From Candidatus Firestoneibacteriota bacterium (GTDB lineage: Bacteria > Oederibacteriota > D2-FULL-39-29 > JBDRBU01), in assembly GCA_043822305.1 (NCBI GenBank), contig JBDRBU010000050.1:1-51073 (forward strand): DNA of 51,073 nucleotides. Reading direction: 5' to 3'. The first letter of the stretch is position 1. Each line of letters begins with the position of its first letter. A program made the position numbers and the translations under genes. Shown piece after piece: positions 26,482-37,195 of this stretch. The notes under the pieces are model-generated. The model had not been told where the DNA came from. It saw nothing but the letters and a program-made list of their open reading frames with translations, and did no database searches.

Positions 26482-27431
26482 TTATTTGGATATTACTTCC
26501 CAATATCCGCTCTTGTCAGAACCTATCCTTCTAATAACTCCTTTTTCTTTTAACTGTGAAATATATTTTTTTGTATTCCTTAAGTTAATCCCTAATTCTT
26601 TGGATAATTCTTGAGTCGTTGTTTTGGGGTTCTTTAACAATATATCTACAATAAATCTCTCTCTTTCTCCAAGAAATTTTACAGTGTCCTTTACAGTGTC
26701 CTTACCCATTAACTTTTTTCTCTTAAACACAGCAATAAATTGTCTTCCGATTTCTTCAAATTCGGCCGAGGGTTCTCTTTCAAGAATTAGTTTGATACCC
26801 CTTCCCCATTTTTCAACAAAATGAACACGGTGGAACAACTCGGCAATAAGTTCATTTCGCCTTTCTGACAACTTTCCTTTTCTGATTTTTGCAATAGTTA
26901 GACCTCCATACAAAAGACCAGGACTTCTAATCTCAAGTCGGTCCTTAAAGATTGCAATATTTACAGAATCGTAGTTATAGTAATCCCTGTGGCAAAAAGC
27001 ATTTATAATTGTTTCTCTAAATGCATCCTTGTCTATTTCAGGAACATCAATCCTGCGAAATCCTTCAAGACGCATCCCGATGTTTATATGCTCAAGGATA
27101 TATTCTTCTGCTTTTCGTATAAGGGAAAACAGGTCTCCCTCATAATCCTTCATATCAATAGGTGTTACTGTATCAGTGGTTGCAAAAACAGCGCATCTTA
27201 ATTTCGCATTGGGTATATTTTAGGTTCAATATTTGATGAGATTGACCTTGAGACATCTCTTATTGTTTCTTTACCTACCTGCTGCCCAACGACTGTGCCA
27301 TCATTTTTTAAACCAAAATACAATTCACCTACTTTATGTTTATTTAAGATTGATACAATAGAGATAATCGCTTCTTTTAATTCAGAAGTGCTTTTCTTAA
27401 ACTCTAATGTTTCGGTTTCCTTTTCAATCAT
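26482..27431 (-). pseudogene. AlbA_2/Schlafen + HATPase_c_4 + HTH regulator, split by internal deletion/frameshift
   Basis: 27431-27198 ETETLEFKKS...GELYFG (AlbA_2); 27153-26482 RETIINAFCHRDY, SPG, RNELIA, EKWGRG, GSDKSGYW. The second frame is already open at ~27210 (NAKLRCAVFA). Confidence 0.75.
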
Positions 27432-27909
27432 ATTTTAATACTCCTTCTATTTTAAGAAGTAGTTTCTTCCATTTAATTCCCCCACTAAATCTTCCTAATT
27501 CACCATTACTTAAAATTACACGATGACAGGGAATAATAACAGGTATTGGATTTTTAGTAAGTGCATTTCCAACTGCTCTAAAAGATTTTAGATTTCTAAT
27601 TTTCTCTGCTAATTTTTTGTAAGATACTACCTTTCCATATGGAATTTTAATTAAAGCCAACCATACTTTTTTTGAAAATTCAGTATATTCACTTATGACA
27701 ACAGGATATTTAAAACTTACTTTTTTACCATCAAAATACTTATTAAAATCTTTTTTTAACCTTTTTAAAAATCCTGTAGGAACTTTTTCTTTACAAAAAT
27801 ACTCTATATTTTTCCTTAAAGAAGGCAATCTTAAAGAAACAATCCCTTTATTGGTATATTTAACCAATATCCAGCCATATTTTGTATTAAAAATATATTT
27901 CTTATTCAT
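27424..27909 (-). CDS. ogt: Methylated-DNA-protein-cysteine methyltransferase
   Basis: IPYGKVVSY, RAVGNAL, IPCHRV, KKLLLKIEG. Confidence 0.92.
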   Translation of the reverse strand: MNKKYIFNTKYGWILVKYTNKGIVSLRLPSLRKNIEYFCKEKVPTGFLKRLKKDFNKYFDGKKVSFKYPVVISEYTEFSKKVWLALIKIPYGKVVSYKKLAEKIRNLKSFRAVGNALTKNPIPVIIPCHRVILSNGELGRFSGGIKWKKLLLKIEGVLKYD

Positions 27910-27918
27910 CTATTCCTT

Positions 27919-29346
27919 TTAAAATAGTCTACCCATATTTTCTATTTTTCTACCAGGTAAAGCATTCTTAACAATTCCGTTTTTATCTTTCACAATAACA
28001 CCGTTTACTATTACATACTCTATCCCTTCTGAAAATATTGCCGGATCTTCTACTGTTGCTTTATCAATAATTGTATTTGAATTAAATATTGTTATATCAG
28101 CATCTGCTCCTATTTTAATTCTACCTTTATTTTTCATAGAAGAAGAAATGTTTTCTAATCTTTTTGCCTGCATTAATGTTATTTTATTAATAGCCTCCAT
28201 TAAAGAAATTGTTTTTTCTTCTCTAACATATTTGCCAAGTAATCTTGAAAAACAACCAGCACCTCTTGGATGATTGTTTTTGTTTTTATTTAAAATAGTA
28301 TCACTCCCTATCATGGTTAATGGAGATTTTAAACCAACAATTATATCTTCTTCTGGAATTGCATAGGCTACTACAAGGGGATTTAATTTTCTGTATTTTT
28401 TGAAACTATCTTTGTTTAATCTTTCGGAAGTTCCACCTATTTGAAGGTCATTGTATGATATTTTAAACCTTTTCTGCCAATCTCCATCAAACCTGCTTGA
28501 AGCTAAATATGTTGCCCAGTAGTTATATGGATACATATCAATGCTTATATCAAGTCCAGCCTCTTTTGCTTTCTGAATTAACTCCAAAGACTCTCTCATA
28601 GAAAAAGTTCCACCTGTACTATTTATGTGAACTATCTGACAGGATGCTCCTGTGTTTTTGCACAAATCAATTACTTCGTTTATTGCCTCAATATTTGTTT
28701 TATCTCCTTCCATTGTAGAATATCTCAAATGAACAGTGCAAAGTACCTTGTATTCTTTAGCAACTCTAAAGAGGGTTTCTGCTTCTTCATGAGTTGTCCC
28801 TGGATTGTACTCAAAACTAAAAGAAATACCAAGTGCTCCATCTTCAATGGCTTTTTTAGCTAATTTCACCATTTCGATTATTTGGCTTGAAGTTGGTTTA
28901 TCATAAGCATTCATTAAACCAACAGCATATCTTAATTTAACCTGGCTTACAGCACCACCACAATTAACTATTACTCCTTTATTATATAACCTTTTGAAAT
29001 CAAGTTCAGAAGCACCATGCATTGACAAATTTGTAGTTACACCATCATACACCTTACAAATCTCGCCATAGCCATTTGGGTCGTAAGAAAGTATGTCTAT
29101 AAAACCAGGAGAAACAGTTAGTCCTTTGGCATCAACAACCATCTTTCCAGCAATAGCACTCTCTGTTACTTCTACTATTTTGCCATCTTTAATGCCTATA
29201 TTTAAGGTTTTATCTGTTTGACTTTCAGGATTTATAATCCGTCCTTCTAAAATTACAATATCATACATATTTATACTGCTCTGTGATAAAAGAGAAGTAC
29301 TAATTATCAGAAACAATGTGAAACTTTTATATACAAAACTTTTCAT
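27919..29346 (-). CDS. Amidohydrolase, N-acyl-D-amino-acid deacylase-like, with signal peptide
   Basis: PGFID, IGSD, HPRGAGCFSRLLG, KGRIKIGADADI, VIVNG. Confidence 0.8.
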   Translation of the reverse strand: MKSFVYKSFTLFLIISTSLLSQSSINMYDIVILEGRIINPESQTDKTLNIGIKDGKIVEVTESAIAGKMVVDAKGLTVSPGFIDILSYDPNGYGEICKVYDGVTTNLSMHGASELDFKRLYNKGVIVNCGGAVSQVKLRYAVGLMNAYDKPTSSQIIEMVKLAKKAIEDGALGISFSFEYNPGTTHEEAETLFRVAKEYKVLCTVHLRYSTMEGDKTNIEAINEVIDLCKNTGASCQIVHINSTGGTFSMRESLELIQKAKEAGLDISIDMYPYNYWATYLASSRFDGDWQKRFKISYNDLQIGGTSERLNKDSFKKYRKLNPLVVAYAIPEEDIIVGLKSPLTMIGSDTILNKNKNNHPRGAGCFSRLLGKYVREEKTISLMEAINKITLMQAKRLENISSSMKNKGRIKIGADADITIFNSNTIIDKATVEDPAIFSEGIEYVIVNGVIVKDKNGIVKNALPGRKIENMGRLF

Positions 29347-29349
29347 GGT

Positions 29350-30966
29350 TTAATCGTTATCCATAAACTTATTGGTTTTAATATTTTTATTTAATTTCTC
29401 TTTCATAACATTTAAAAATATATTACTTTCTTTAACTTTGAAAAGAAATGAGATAGCAACATAAACAACTAGACCAAAAGTCATTGGAACAAACACCCAG
29501 ATAGCCTTATTTAAAATATTATTTACATCAAAATTTTTCTGTATAATATAAGCAGATAACCAACAAATAAAAGCCATACATATAGATGCTAAAATAATTT
29601 TGGCTAAAGACTTTAATATTTCTATTTCATCGAGTTTCCCTACTTTACTTCTTAGTCTTAAAAATAAAAAAGTAAAATTGAAAAATGAAGATATTGAACT
29701 GGCTAGAGCCAGTCCCTTATATCCAAGCGGGTTGATGAGCATTATACTAAAAAATACATTTAAAAAAATTGCAATTATTCCAATTTTAACCGGTGTTTTT
29801 GAATCATTTAAAGCAAAAAATGTCGGAATTAAAACTTTAACACAGGAAGCAAAAGATAAACCTAATGTATAACAAATGGCTGCATTGGCCGTGGCTCTAG
29901 TATCACCGATAGTAAAATTTCCATGTTGAAATAATAAACTATTAATTGGATAACTTAAAACTATTAAACCAAAAGTAGCCGGAATAGTTATAAAAAGATT
30001 CATTCTTATGGCAAAGGAAAGTGTCTCTCTTAATTTATTGATTTCATTTTTAGCCACATGTGAAGATATGACCGGAAAAGATGCGGTGGCTATAGCTACC
30101 CCAAATATTCCTAAGGGAAGTTGCATCAATCTAAATCCATAGTAAAGATAAGTGATAGCCGCCGTCCCCAGAATAGAAGCAATAACCGTATTAACTAAAA
30201 CTATATTGATTTGGCTCACTGAATTAGAGAAGATGGCTGGGAGCATCATTTTTGTAATCTTTCTTATTCCAGAATCTTTAAAATCTATTATAAATTTAAA
30301 TCTAAATCCATTTTTATATATCTGAGGTATCTGTATTATAACCTGAATAAGTCCACTAAAAAGTGCTCCTATTGTCCAACCGATAATTTGCTCATCTGGT
30401 TTATGACCAAATAATGGACATATAAATATTCCTGATAAAATCATAACTATATTACCTAAGGCTGGAGCTATAGCTGGAATTGTAAAATGCTTCGTGGAGT
30501 TTAACATTCCCATAAAAATAGCGGAAAAACCCATAAACGCAATAAAAGGGAATAAAATTCTGGTTAGTTTAATGGTAAGTTTTACTCCTTCAAGAATAAA
30601 ACCTGGGGCCATTATGCGTATAATAACTGGAGTACATATTATGCCTATTAAAATTATTAAAGAGAAAAGAATAATAAGTAAATTTAAAACTATATTTGCC
30701 AGTCTAAAAGCTGACCCCTTCCCTTCTTTTTCTAAATATTCTACAAAGGTGGGAATAAAAGCAGAACTTAACGCACCTTCTGCTAATAAATCTCTTAGCA
30801 TATTAGGAATTCTATAGGCAACAAAGAAGGCATCAGAGACAAACCCAGCACCAAATAAAAAAGCATTATAAGCATCCCTGATATATCCTAAGACTCTACT
30901 TATGACCGTAGCCAGGCCTAGTATTCCTACTGATTTTGTTATCTGTGTAATTTTATGACTTTCCAT
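29350..30966 (-). CDS. murJ: Lipid II flippase MurJ
   Basis: SRVLGYIRD, AYRIPNMLRDLLAEGALSSAFIP, RLMQLPLGIFG, DSKTP. Confidence 0.95.
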   Translation of the reverse strand: MESHKITQITKSVGILGLATVISRVLGYIRDAYNAFLFGAGFVSDAFFVAYRIPNMLRDLLAEGALSSAFIPTFVEYLEKEGKGSAFRLANIVLNLLIILFSLIILIGIICTPVIIRIMAPGFILEGVKLTIKLTRILFPFIAFMGFSAIFMGMLNSTKHFTIPAIAPALGNIVMILSGIFICPLFGHKPDEQIIGWTIGALFSGLIQVIIQIPQIYKNGFRFKFIIDFKDSGIRKITKMMLPAIFSNSVSQINIVLVNTVIASILGTAAITYLYYGFRLMQLPLGIFGVAIATASFPVISSHVAKNEINKLRETLSFAIRMNLFITIPATFGLIVLSYPINSLLFQHGNFTIGDTRATANAAICYTLGLSFASCVKVLIPTFFALNDSKTPVKIGIIAIFLNVFFSIMLINPLGYKGLALASSISSFFNFTFLFLRLRSKVGKLDEIEILKSLAKIILASICMAFICWLSAYIIQKNFDVNNILNKAIWVFVPMTFGLVVYVAISFLFKVKESNIFLNVMKEKLNKNIKTNKFMDND

Positions 30967-31076
30967 AATGTAAATAAATAATACTTGTCCTGTGCCTGAA
31001 CCTTGCGAATGGTACAGGATTAGGAATAGTTGTTCGCCAAAGCGAACAGACTATGTTCTTCCATATAATTAAACTA

Positions 31077-31105
31077 TTGACTCTTTCAAAAATTTTTGTT
31101 ATATT
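31077..31105 (+). promoter_or_regulatory. sigma70 promoter of rpsT
   Basis: TTGACT (31077-31082), 17 nt, TGT-TATATT (31100-31105). Confidence 0.6.
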
Positions 31106-31143
31106 ATTACTATATACTAAACACTATTTTAAAGGAGGTTAAT

Positions 31144-31407
31144 TTGCCAATTATTAAATCAGCGATAAAAGAAGCAAGAAAATCTAAAAAAAGATATTCA
31201 AAGAACAAACCAGTAAAAAGCCGTCTTAAAACAACGAGTAAAAGAATCTTATCTACAAAAAATTATGATACAGCAAAAAAGTTATTAGACACGCTTATTC
31301 CTGATATTCAAAGAGCAATATTAAAAAATACAATACCTAAAAACAATGGCAGAAGAAAAATTTCAAAATTAACAAAATATGTAAATTTACTGAAAAACCA
31401 ACAGTAA
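31144..31407 (+). CDS. rpsT: 30S ribosomal protein S20
   Basis: TTG start after AAGGAGG; PIIKSAIK...NKPVKSRLKT...IPKNNGRRKISKL; murJ/holA neighbourhood. Confidence 0.9.
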   Translation: MPIIKSAIKEARKSKKRYSKNKPVKSRLKTTSKRILSTKNYDTAKKLLDTLIPDIQRAILKNTIPKNNGRRKISKLTKYVNLLKNQQ

Positions 31408-31449
31408 ACTTTTACAATAAATAGTCAGTAAAAGCCGTTATAGATATAA

Positions 31450-31488
31450 AAGGACAACCCCCTAACCCCCTTTATTAAGGGGGAATTA
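31450..31488 (+). repeat. 39-bp C/G-run palindromic repeat (family C), copy 1
   Basis: AAGGACAACCCCCTAACCCCCTTTATTAAGGGGGAATTA; identical reverse copy at 46536-46574; lies between convergent rpsT and holA. Confidence 0.9.
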
Positions 31489-31506
31489 AAAATCAGAGAG
31501 ATTCTT

Positions 31507-32514
31507 TTACACACAAATTATATAAATCAGCCTTTCAATTATAATCTGCGTATATTTTATCTTACTGGTTTTTATAGATATATCTGAGTTTGTTAATTCA
31601 GAAAATATTAACTTCAATGTCTTTTCATTAAAGTTATTTACTTGTTTTAAGAATCTTTTTATAAAAAAATAATGCATTCCGATTTTTTTACTTATTTCAT
31701 CTTCAGTATAGCCTTCTTTTATTAAAAATTTTGAAGTCCAGATTTTCTTAAAATAACCATATATAGAAGTTAAAAGGTATAATCCAGTCTTACCATCATC
31801 ATAATCAGAAAAATAAAATATATTACTAAGAATCTTTAATGATTTAACTAAATCCTTATCGCCTAATGTATTCTGTAAATCATATATATTTTTCTCATTT
31901 AAACCACTAATTAAATACTGCACATCTTCTAATCCTACAAACTTTTTATTGGTTGTATAAAGCATTATCTTTTCAATCTCAGAATCCAACTCTCGTAAAT
32001 TGTTGTTTACTCTATCAACCAGCATCTCAACTACTTCTTCTGATACCTGTTTACCAAGTTTATTAAATTTTTCCTTAATTTCTATCCTTAACTGATTGTC
32101 GTATAATTGGTAAAACGGAAAAGTTTCTACTTTTTCACTAATGGACTGTAAGAATTTATGCTTTTCAAATATTTTTTTAGTAGTAATATTTAAAGTGCTT
32201 GAAAGGATTAAACATGTTGAGGTTGATGGGTTATTTATATAATTTAATAATTTTTCTTTTAAATCATCTTCTAACTTTTCTATATTTTTTATAACAACTA
32301 CTCTTTTTTCGGCTAAGAATGGGATGATTTTAACCTTTAATTCAAAATCAAAATCCTCAACTTCTTCACAATCAATAGTATCGAAATTAAGCTCTTTATT
32401 CTCTTTGGATAAAAGACTATTGACTAGACTATTAACCTTGTTCTCTTTGCAATACTCATCATTACCAACGATAAGATATACAGCAGAATTATTTTTAGTA
32501 ATTTTCCCAGCCAT
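31507..32514 (-). CDS. holA: DNA polymerase III delta subunit
   Basis: VYLIVGND.Y, PFLAEKRVVVIK, EIEKI; leuS-lptE-holA order. Confidence 0.9.
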   Translation of the reverse strand: MAGKITKNNSAVYLIVGNDEYCKENKVNSLVNSLLSKENKELNFDTIDCEEVEDFDFELKVKIIPFLAEKRVVVIKNIEKLEDDLKEKLLNYINNPSTSTCLILSSTLNITTKKIFEKHKFLQSISEKVETFPFYQLYDNQLRIEIKEKFNKLGKQVSEEVVEMLVDRVNNNLRELDSEIEKIMLYTTNKKFVGLEDVQYLISGLNEKNIYDLQNTLGDKDLVKSLKILSNIFYFSDYDDGKTGLYLLTSIYGYFKKIWTSKFLIKEGYTEDEISKKIGMHYFFIKRFLKQVNNFNEKTLKLIFSELTNSDISIKTSKIKYTQIIIERLIYIICV

Positions 32515-33028
32515 AAACTACTCTATTAACAATATCTTCGGATAATTCTTTAAATATTCTTTGCCTTGCTTCTGTTTCTGTTTCAATATTACTACCTGAA
32601 ACATTAAAAGTTGTCCTTCCACCAGTTATACCCCCCATTTCCTTTTGTTCCCAAAGAACTTTATTTTCTTTAAGGTCAGTAAATTTTACATCTAAAACTA
32701 TCTTTATTCTATACTGGATTATAACATTATTAACATCGTAAGTAAGTGGTTCAAGCAGGTATTTCCTGATGGTACCCTCCAACAAAGCATCGGCTTGTTC
32801 CTGACCAACTATATGAAGTCTCCCGTCCATTAGAAATTGTTTTATAACATAATCTGTTAGTGTGGTCTCGATACCATATTGTAAAGTGCTATTACTAAAA
32901 GTTGGAATAGTAATGCTTTTAATAGACAATGGCAAATTTGGTTTCATCGTGGCACACCCAAAGAACGCAGTAAAAAAAACAAAAGAAGTGAAAAAAGTTA
33001 TATAGGTTTTTATCCTGTTTTTAAACAT
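32495..33028 (-). CDS. lptE: LptE-family lipoprotein
   Basis: ATG 33028 after AAGGAGG; lipobox FFGC; IPTFSN.T, ADALLEGTI; between leuS and holA. Confidence 0.82.
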   Translation of the reverse strand: MFKNRIKTYITFFTSFVFFTAFFGCATMKPNLPLSIKSITIPTFSNSTLQYGIETTLTDYVIKQFLMDGRLHIVGQEQADALLEGTIRKYLLEPLTYDVNNVIIQYRIKIVLDVKFTDLKENKVLWEQKEMGGITGGRTTFNVSGSNIETETEARQRIFKELSEDIVNRVVYGWENY

Positions 33029-33095
33029 AACACTTACCTCCTTTAATTGCGAAATCTGTATTTTAATCTGTGTAATCAAGTATATGTTTTATATT

Positions 33096-35567
33096 TTAAA
33101 CTACAATATTAACTAATTTATTCTTTACTACAAAAATATTTTTAATTTGTTTATTATTAACACACCCTTTAATTCTCTCATCTTTTAAGGCAATATCTTT
33201 TAATTCTTCATCAGATAAATTTGCATTTAATACTAATTTGCTTCGTATTTTACCATTTACCTGCAAGACAACTGTTACTGTCTCATCTTTTACAAAATCC
33301 GGATTGTAATCTGGAAATCTATGCAAAAATATACTCGGCTTATTACCTAACCTTTCCCATAATTCTTCGGATATATACGGTGCAAACGGAGCAAGACACA
33401 AAACTAAATTTTTAAAAGCAATACTTAATACACTAAAGTATTCATGTTTACTATTATCATTTGCAGGGACGCTGCAAGAGTAAATATAATTTACAAACTC
33501 CATAAGAGAGGCAATAGCCGTATTAAAATGAAAATCTAATTCTATATCCTCTTTAACTTTCTTAACGGTTTTATTCATAATTTTATATAAATCTTTACTT
33601 TCTTTACAAAGATTGCTAAAATCTTTTATTTCTTTTGCATTTTTAACATTTGCTAAATTATTTTCTATCAACCTATATACCCTATTTAAAAATCTGTGAA
33701 TTCCTTCTATTCCTTTATCTGACCATTCAAGTTCTTTCTCAGGGGGAGCAGCAAATAGTATAAATCCTCTAACAGTATCTGCACCGTACTTTTCTATTAA
33801 CTCATCTGCAGAAACAGTATTCCCTTTTGATTTTGACATTACCTCTCCATCCTTTAAAACCATCCCTTGAGTAAATAAGTTAGTAAATGGTTCTTGAAAA
33901 TCCACCAGTCCAATATCATGTAAAACTTTCGTAAAAAATCTCGCATAAAGTAAATGTAAAATTGCATGCTCAACCCCACCAACATATTGATCGACTGGCA
34001 TCCAGTATTTTACTATATCATCATTAAATGCTTCACTTTTATTATTAGCATCAGCAAATCTCAGGTAGTACCATGATGAACAAATAAATGTATCCATAGT
34101 ATCTGTTTCTCTTCTTGCAGATACACCACACTTAGGACATTTTGTTTCAACAAACTCTTCAACTTTGGCTAATGGAGAAATACTACCTGGTTTAAAATCA
34201 ACACTATATGGAAGGTTTACTGGTAGGTCCTTTTCATCAACAGGAATAATACCACATTTCTCACAATAAACAACAGGAATAGGTGCTCCCCAGTATCTTT
34301 GTCTTGAAATTAGCCAGTCCCTCAATTTGTATTTTACAGTCCTTCCTCCAAATCCATTTTTTTCTATATATTCTGCTATTGAATTTATTGTAGTAGAACT
34401 TTTTTTACCACTAAATTCTCCAGAATTCACCTGTATCCCTTCATCAATATATGCTTCTTGCATAATATGTGCATCTAAATCTCTATCAACTGGCTTAATT
34501 ACTACTTTAACAGGCAAATTATATTTCCTTGCAAATTGTAAATCTCTTTGGTCGTGAGCAGGTACACCCATAACTGCTCCTGTGCCATATTCAACTAAGA
34601 CATAATTTGCAATAAATATTGGAATTTCCTCCTGATTTAATTGATTTATTGCATATTTCCCGATAAATAAGCCCTCTTTTTCTGTAGCATCTGATGTCCT
34701 GGCAATCTCAGTTTGCATTTTCATTCTATTAACAAACTCTTTAACTTTGCTTTCGCAATTAGTTCCCTTAATTAATTTTTCAACTAAAGGATGCTCTGGT
34801 GCTAAAACGAGGTATGTAACACCGTAAATAGTATCTATCCTTGTTGTATAAACAGAAATTAAATCAATATCCCCTTTGATCTTAAAATCAATCTTTACTC
34901 CATAACTTTTCCCAATCCAGTTTTCCTGCATTATCTTTACTTTCTCTGGCCAGCCCTTAAGTAATTTTAAATCATCTAATAATCTTTCAGCATACTCAGT
35001 AATTTTCAAAAACCATTGATCTAATTCTTTTTTAACAACTTCACTCTTACATCTCCAGCATTTTCCATCTTCCACCTGTTCATTTGCTAAGACCGTCATG
35101 CACTTCGGGCACCAATTTGCATCCTTTTTCTTTTTATAAGCAAGTCCTCTTTCAAAAAATTTTAAAAAAAGCCATTGTGTCCATTTGTAATAATCCGGCT
35201 TACAGGTAGCAATTTCCCTGTTCCAGTCGTAACATATACCAATTTTTTTAAACTGTTCTTTCATTATTCTTATATTTTTAAAGGTCCAATCCTGTGGATG
35301 AACATTATGAAGTATTGCTGCATTTTCAGCAGGAAGCCCAAAAGCATCCCAACCCATTGGAGCTAACACATTAAAACCTTGCATCTTTTTATATCTGGCT
35401 ATTACATCTCCTATTATATAATTCTTACAATGACCCACATGAAGTTGACTGCCAGATGGATAAGGAAACATCATTAAAACATAATACTTTTGTTTATCTG
35501 AAAAATCTTCTGCTTTAAATATATTATTTTTTTCCCAGTATTCTTGCCATTTCTTTTCATTTAACAT
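33096..35567 (-). CDS. leuS: Leucine-tRNA ligase
   Basis: [42 protein letters not shown]. Confidence 0.98.
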   Translation of the reverse strand: MLNEKKWQEYWEKNNIFKAEDFSDKQKYYVLMMFPYPSGSQLHVGHCKNYIIGDVIARYKKMQGFNVLAPMGWDAFGLPAENAAILHNVHPQDWTFKNIRIMKEQFKKIGICYDWNREIATCKPDYYKWTQWLFLKFFERGLAYKKKKDANWCPKCMTVLANEQVEDGKCWRCKSEVVKKELDQWFLKITEYAERLLDDLKLLKGWPEKVKIMQENWIGKSYGVKIDFKIKGDIDLISVYTTRIDTIYGVTYLVLAPEHPLVEKLIKGTNCESKVKEFVNRMKMQTEIARTSDATEKEGLFIGKYAINQLNQEEIPIFIANYVLVEYGTGAVMGVPAHDQRDLQFARKYNLPVKVVIKPVDRDLDAHIMQEAYIDEGIQVNSGEFSGKKSSTTINSIAEYIEKNGFGGRTVKYKLRDWLISRQRYWGAPIPVVYCEKCGIIPVDEKDLPVNLPYSVDFKPGSISPLAKVEEFVETKCPKCGVSARRETDTMDTFICSSWYYLRFADANNKSEAFNDDIVKYWMPVDQYVGGVEHAILHLLYARFFTKVLHDIGLVDFQEPFTNLFTQGMVLKDGEVMSKSKGNTVSADELIEKYGADTVRGFILFAAPPEKELEWSDKGIEGIHRFLNRVYRLIENNLANVKNAKEIKDFSNLCKESKDLYKIMNKTVKKVKEDIELDFHFNTAIASLMEFVNYIYSCSVPANDNSKHEYFSVLSIAFKNLVLCLAPFAPYISEELWERLGNKPSIFLHRFPDYNPDFVKDETVTVVLQVNGKIRSKLVLNANLSDEELKDIALKDERIKGCVNNKQIKNIFVVKNKLVNIVV

Positions 35568-35588
35568 TTTCTGCCTACTTCTTTTACT

Positions 35589-35966
35589 TTATTTTCTACT
35601 TTCTTTACTTCTTTCACTTTTCCCGCTTTCCTTACTTTCTTTTCTGTCTTTGCTTCCACTACTTTCTTTGCTGTCCTTACTGTCCTTACTGTCCTTGCTT
35701 TCTTTACTTTTTTCACTTCTTCCACTTTCTTTGCTTTCTTTACTTCCTTTACTCTCTTTGCTTTCCTTACTTTCCCTACTTTCCTTGCTTCTCTTATAAT
35801 CTGTTATATAAAATCCGGAACCTTTAAAAACAAAACCTACTCTTGAACTCATTAATTTCTTTGCTTTTCCTTTACATTTGGGGCAGGTTTCTTTTAGTTT
35901 ATTAGTTGACTGTAATACTTCAAATATATTACCACATTTACTACATTTATAATCATAAAGAGGCAT
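35589..35966 (-). CDS. FmdB-family zinc-ribbon protein with (E/D)SK low-complexity tail
   Basis: MPLYDYKCSKCG...CPKC...FKGSGFYITDY; tail built from 9-nt repeat units. Confidence 0.88.
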   Translation of the reverse strand: MPLYDYKCSKCGNIFEVLQSTNKLKETCPKCKGKAKKLMSSRVGFVFKGSGFYITDYKRSKESRESKESKESKGSKESKESGRSEKSKESKDSKDSKDSKESSGSKDRKESKESGKSERSKESRK

Positions 35967-36001
35967 AAATTAATTCTCCTCAAAAAAAACTCTGTAAATT
36001 G

Positions 36002-36679
36002 TTAAAATCGTGGCAGTCCGCCATTTATTAATATTATCGTTATTCCAATAAGAATAAATATCAATATCAAATCTACAAAAAGGAAAAAGAATCCAAGAAT
36101 TGGTTTATCTAACTTGAAATTTCCATCAATATCAAGATTTATTCTTGAATGTAAACTATCAAGCAATAATGCTTTTTCAGGATTTTTTTCTAAATACAGA
36201 ATTGGTTCTTTTCCCTCATCCTCCAAAAGTTTCGTTTTATTATATTGTGGTTTATAAATATGAATATATTCTTTATCTTTAACCGAATATTTAAAGATGA
36301 AAGTTAAAATTACTGTAGGGCTACCAGATGATCTTATTATAGTCTTCTTTTTCTCTTTAAGTTCAGCAAATGTTAATTTACCATACTTTAAAAAAACAAT
36401 ATTTCTAATACCCTTATAAATAGATGTTAATACCAAAAAAACTAATCCTATTTCTAAGACAATAACAATAATGCAATATATATACATATTAATATTACAT
36501 TTAGCGATATCTCTCTTAACATAAAATAATACAAGAGCACCCCAAAATACAACTTGATAAAATAATGCCATTGAAGTAACTCCGGAAAATATTGAAAACA
36601 TTCTTAAGGAAATTGGTACCTTACGGGGTGGTTCATTTATATATGAAAATCTATTATTATTCATATTTTCATACCTCAT
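36002..36679 (-). CDS. Hypothetical membrane protein (3 predicted TMs)
   Basis: Hydrophobic segments flanking a beta-rich soluble part (FKYSVKDKEY...PILY). Confidence 0.65.
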   Translation of the reverse strand: MRYENMNNNRFSYINEPPRKVPISLRMFSIFSGVTSMALFYQVVFWGALVLFYVKRDIAKCNINMYIYCIIVIVLEIGLVFLVLTSIYKGIRNIVFLKYGKLTFAELKEKKKTIIRSSGSPTVILTFIFKYSVKDKEYIHIYKPQYNKTKLLEDEGKEPILYLEKNPEKALLLDSLHSRINLDIDGNFKLDKPILGFFFLFVDLILIFILIGITIILINGGLPRF

Positions 36680-37133
36680 TTGGAATTGGATGTTCTAAGT
36701 AACGAGTAAAATGTGGTCCATGTCCATAACCATAAAATTTTTCATCATTTGCTATAAATTGTTGGGTCGGAATCCAGTTTTTACCATCTTTATCTTTAGT
36801 GTTTACATAAACTTTATACATTTTATCTATAAACTGCCAGGACAATTCTTTGTATTCAGAAAATCCTGTCTTAGCATAAAATCTCAGGTATCCATCGGCT
36901 TTAGAAGGATATTGTGACATCATTACATAATCACAAAGAAATAAATCTCCATTTACTTCAGAATTCTCACCTACTAATCCAGGAAAATCATAAACTCCTT
37001 TTAAATATGTATCTAAACCCCTAACAGATGATACCATACCTCTTAAAATCTGACGAGGATTATTCTCATTAGCAGATGAGATAAAACAAAATAAGATAAA
37101 AATTAAAATTTTAAATAAAGATAAATTTTTCAT
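36669..37133 (-). pseudogene. Truncated paralogue of the N-terminus of the 239..3790 protein
   Basis: Shares LDTYLKGVYDF.GLVGENSEVNG, QYPSKADGYLR, TKDKDGKNW.PTQQFIA and HPIP, then ends at 154 aa. Confidence 0.75.
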
Positions 37134-37139
37134 ATTTAT

Positions 37140-37167
37140 ATTATACGCTCCTACTTTACGATGTCAA
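37140..37167 (-). promoter_or_regulatory. Consensus sigma70 promoter (leaderless)
   Basis: TTGACA (37167-37162), 16 nt, TATAAT (37145-37140), ATG 6 nt later. Confidence 0.7.
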
Positions 37168-37195
37168 TATTTTTATCAAAAAGAATTTCATACTC

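Noticed and set aside
35589..35790. CRISPR array or other spacer-containing repeat
   Set aside because: Short degenerate coding tandem units without unique spacers; no CRISPR array or cas gene seen anywhere in the window.
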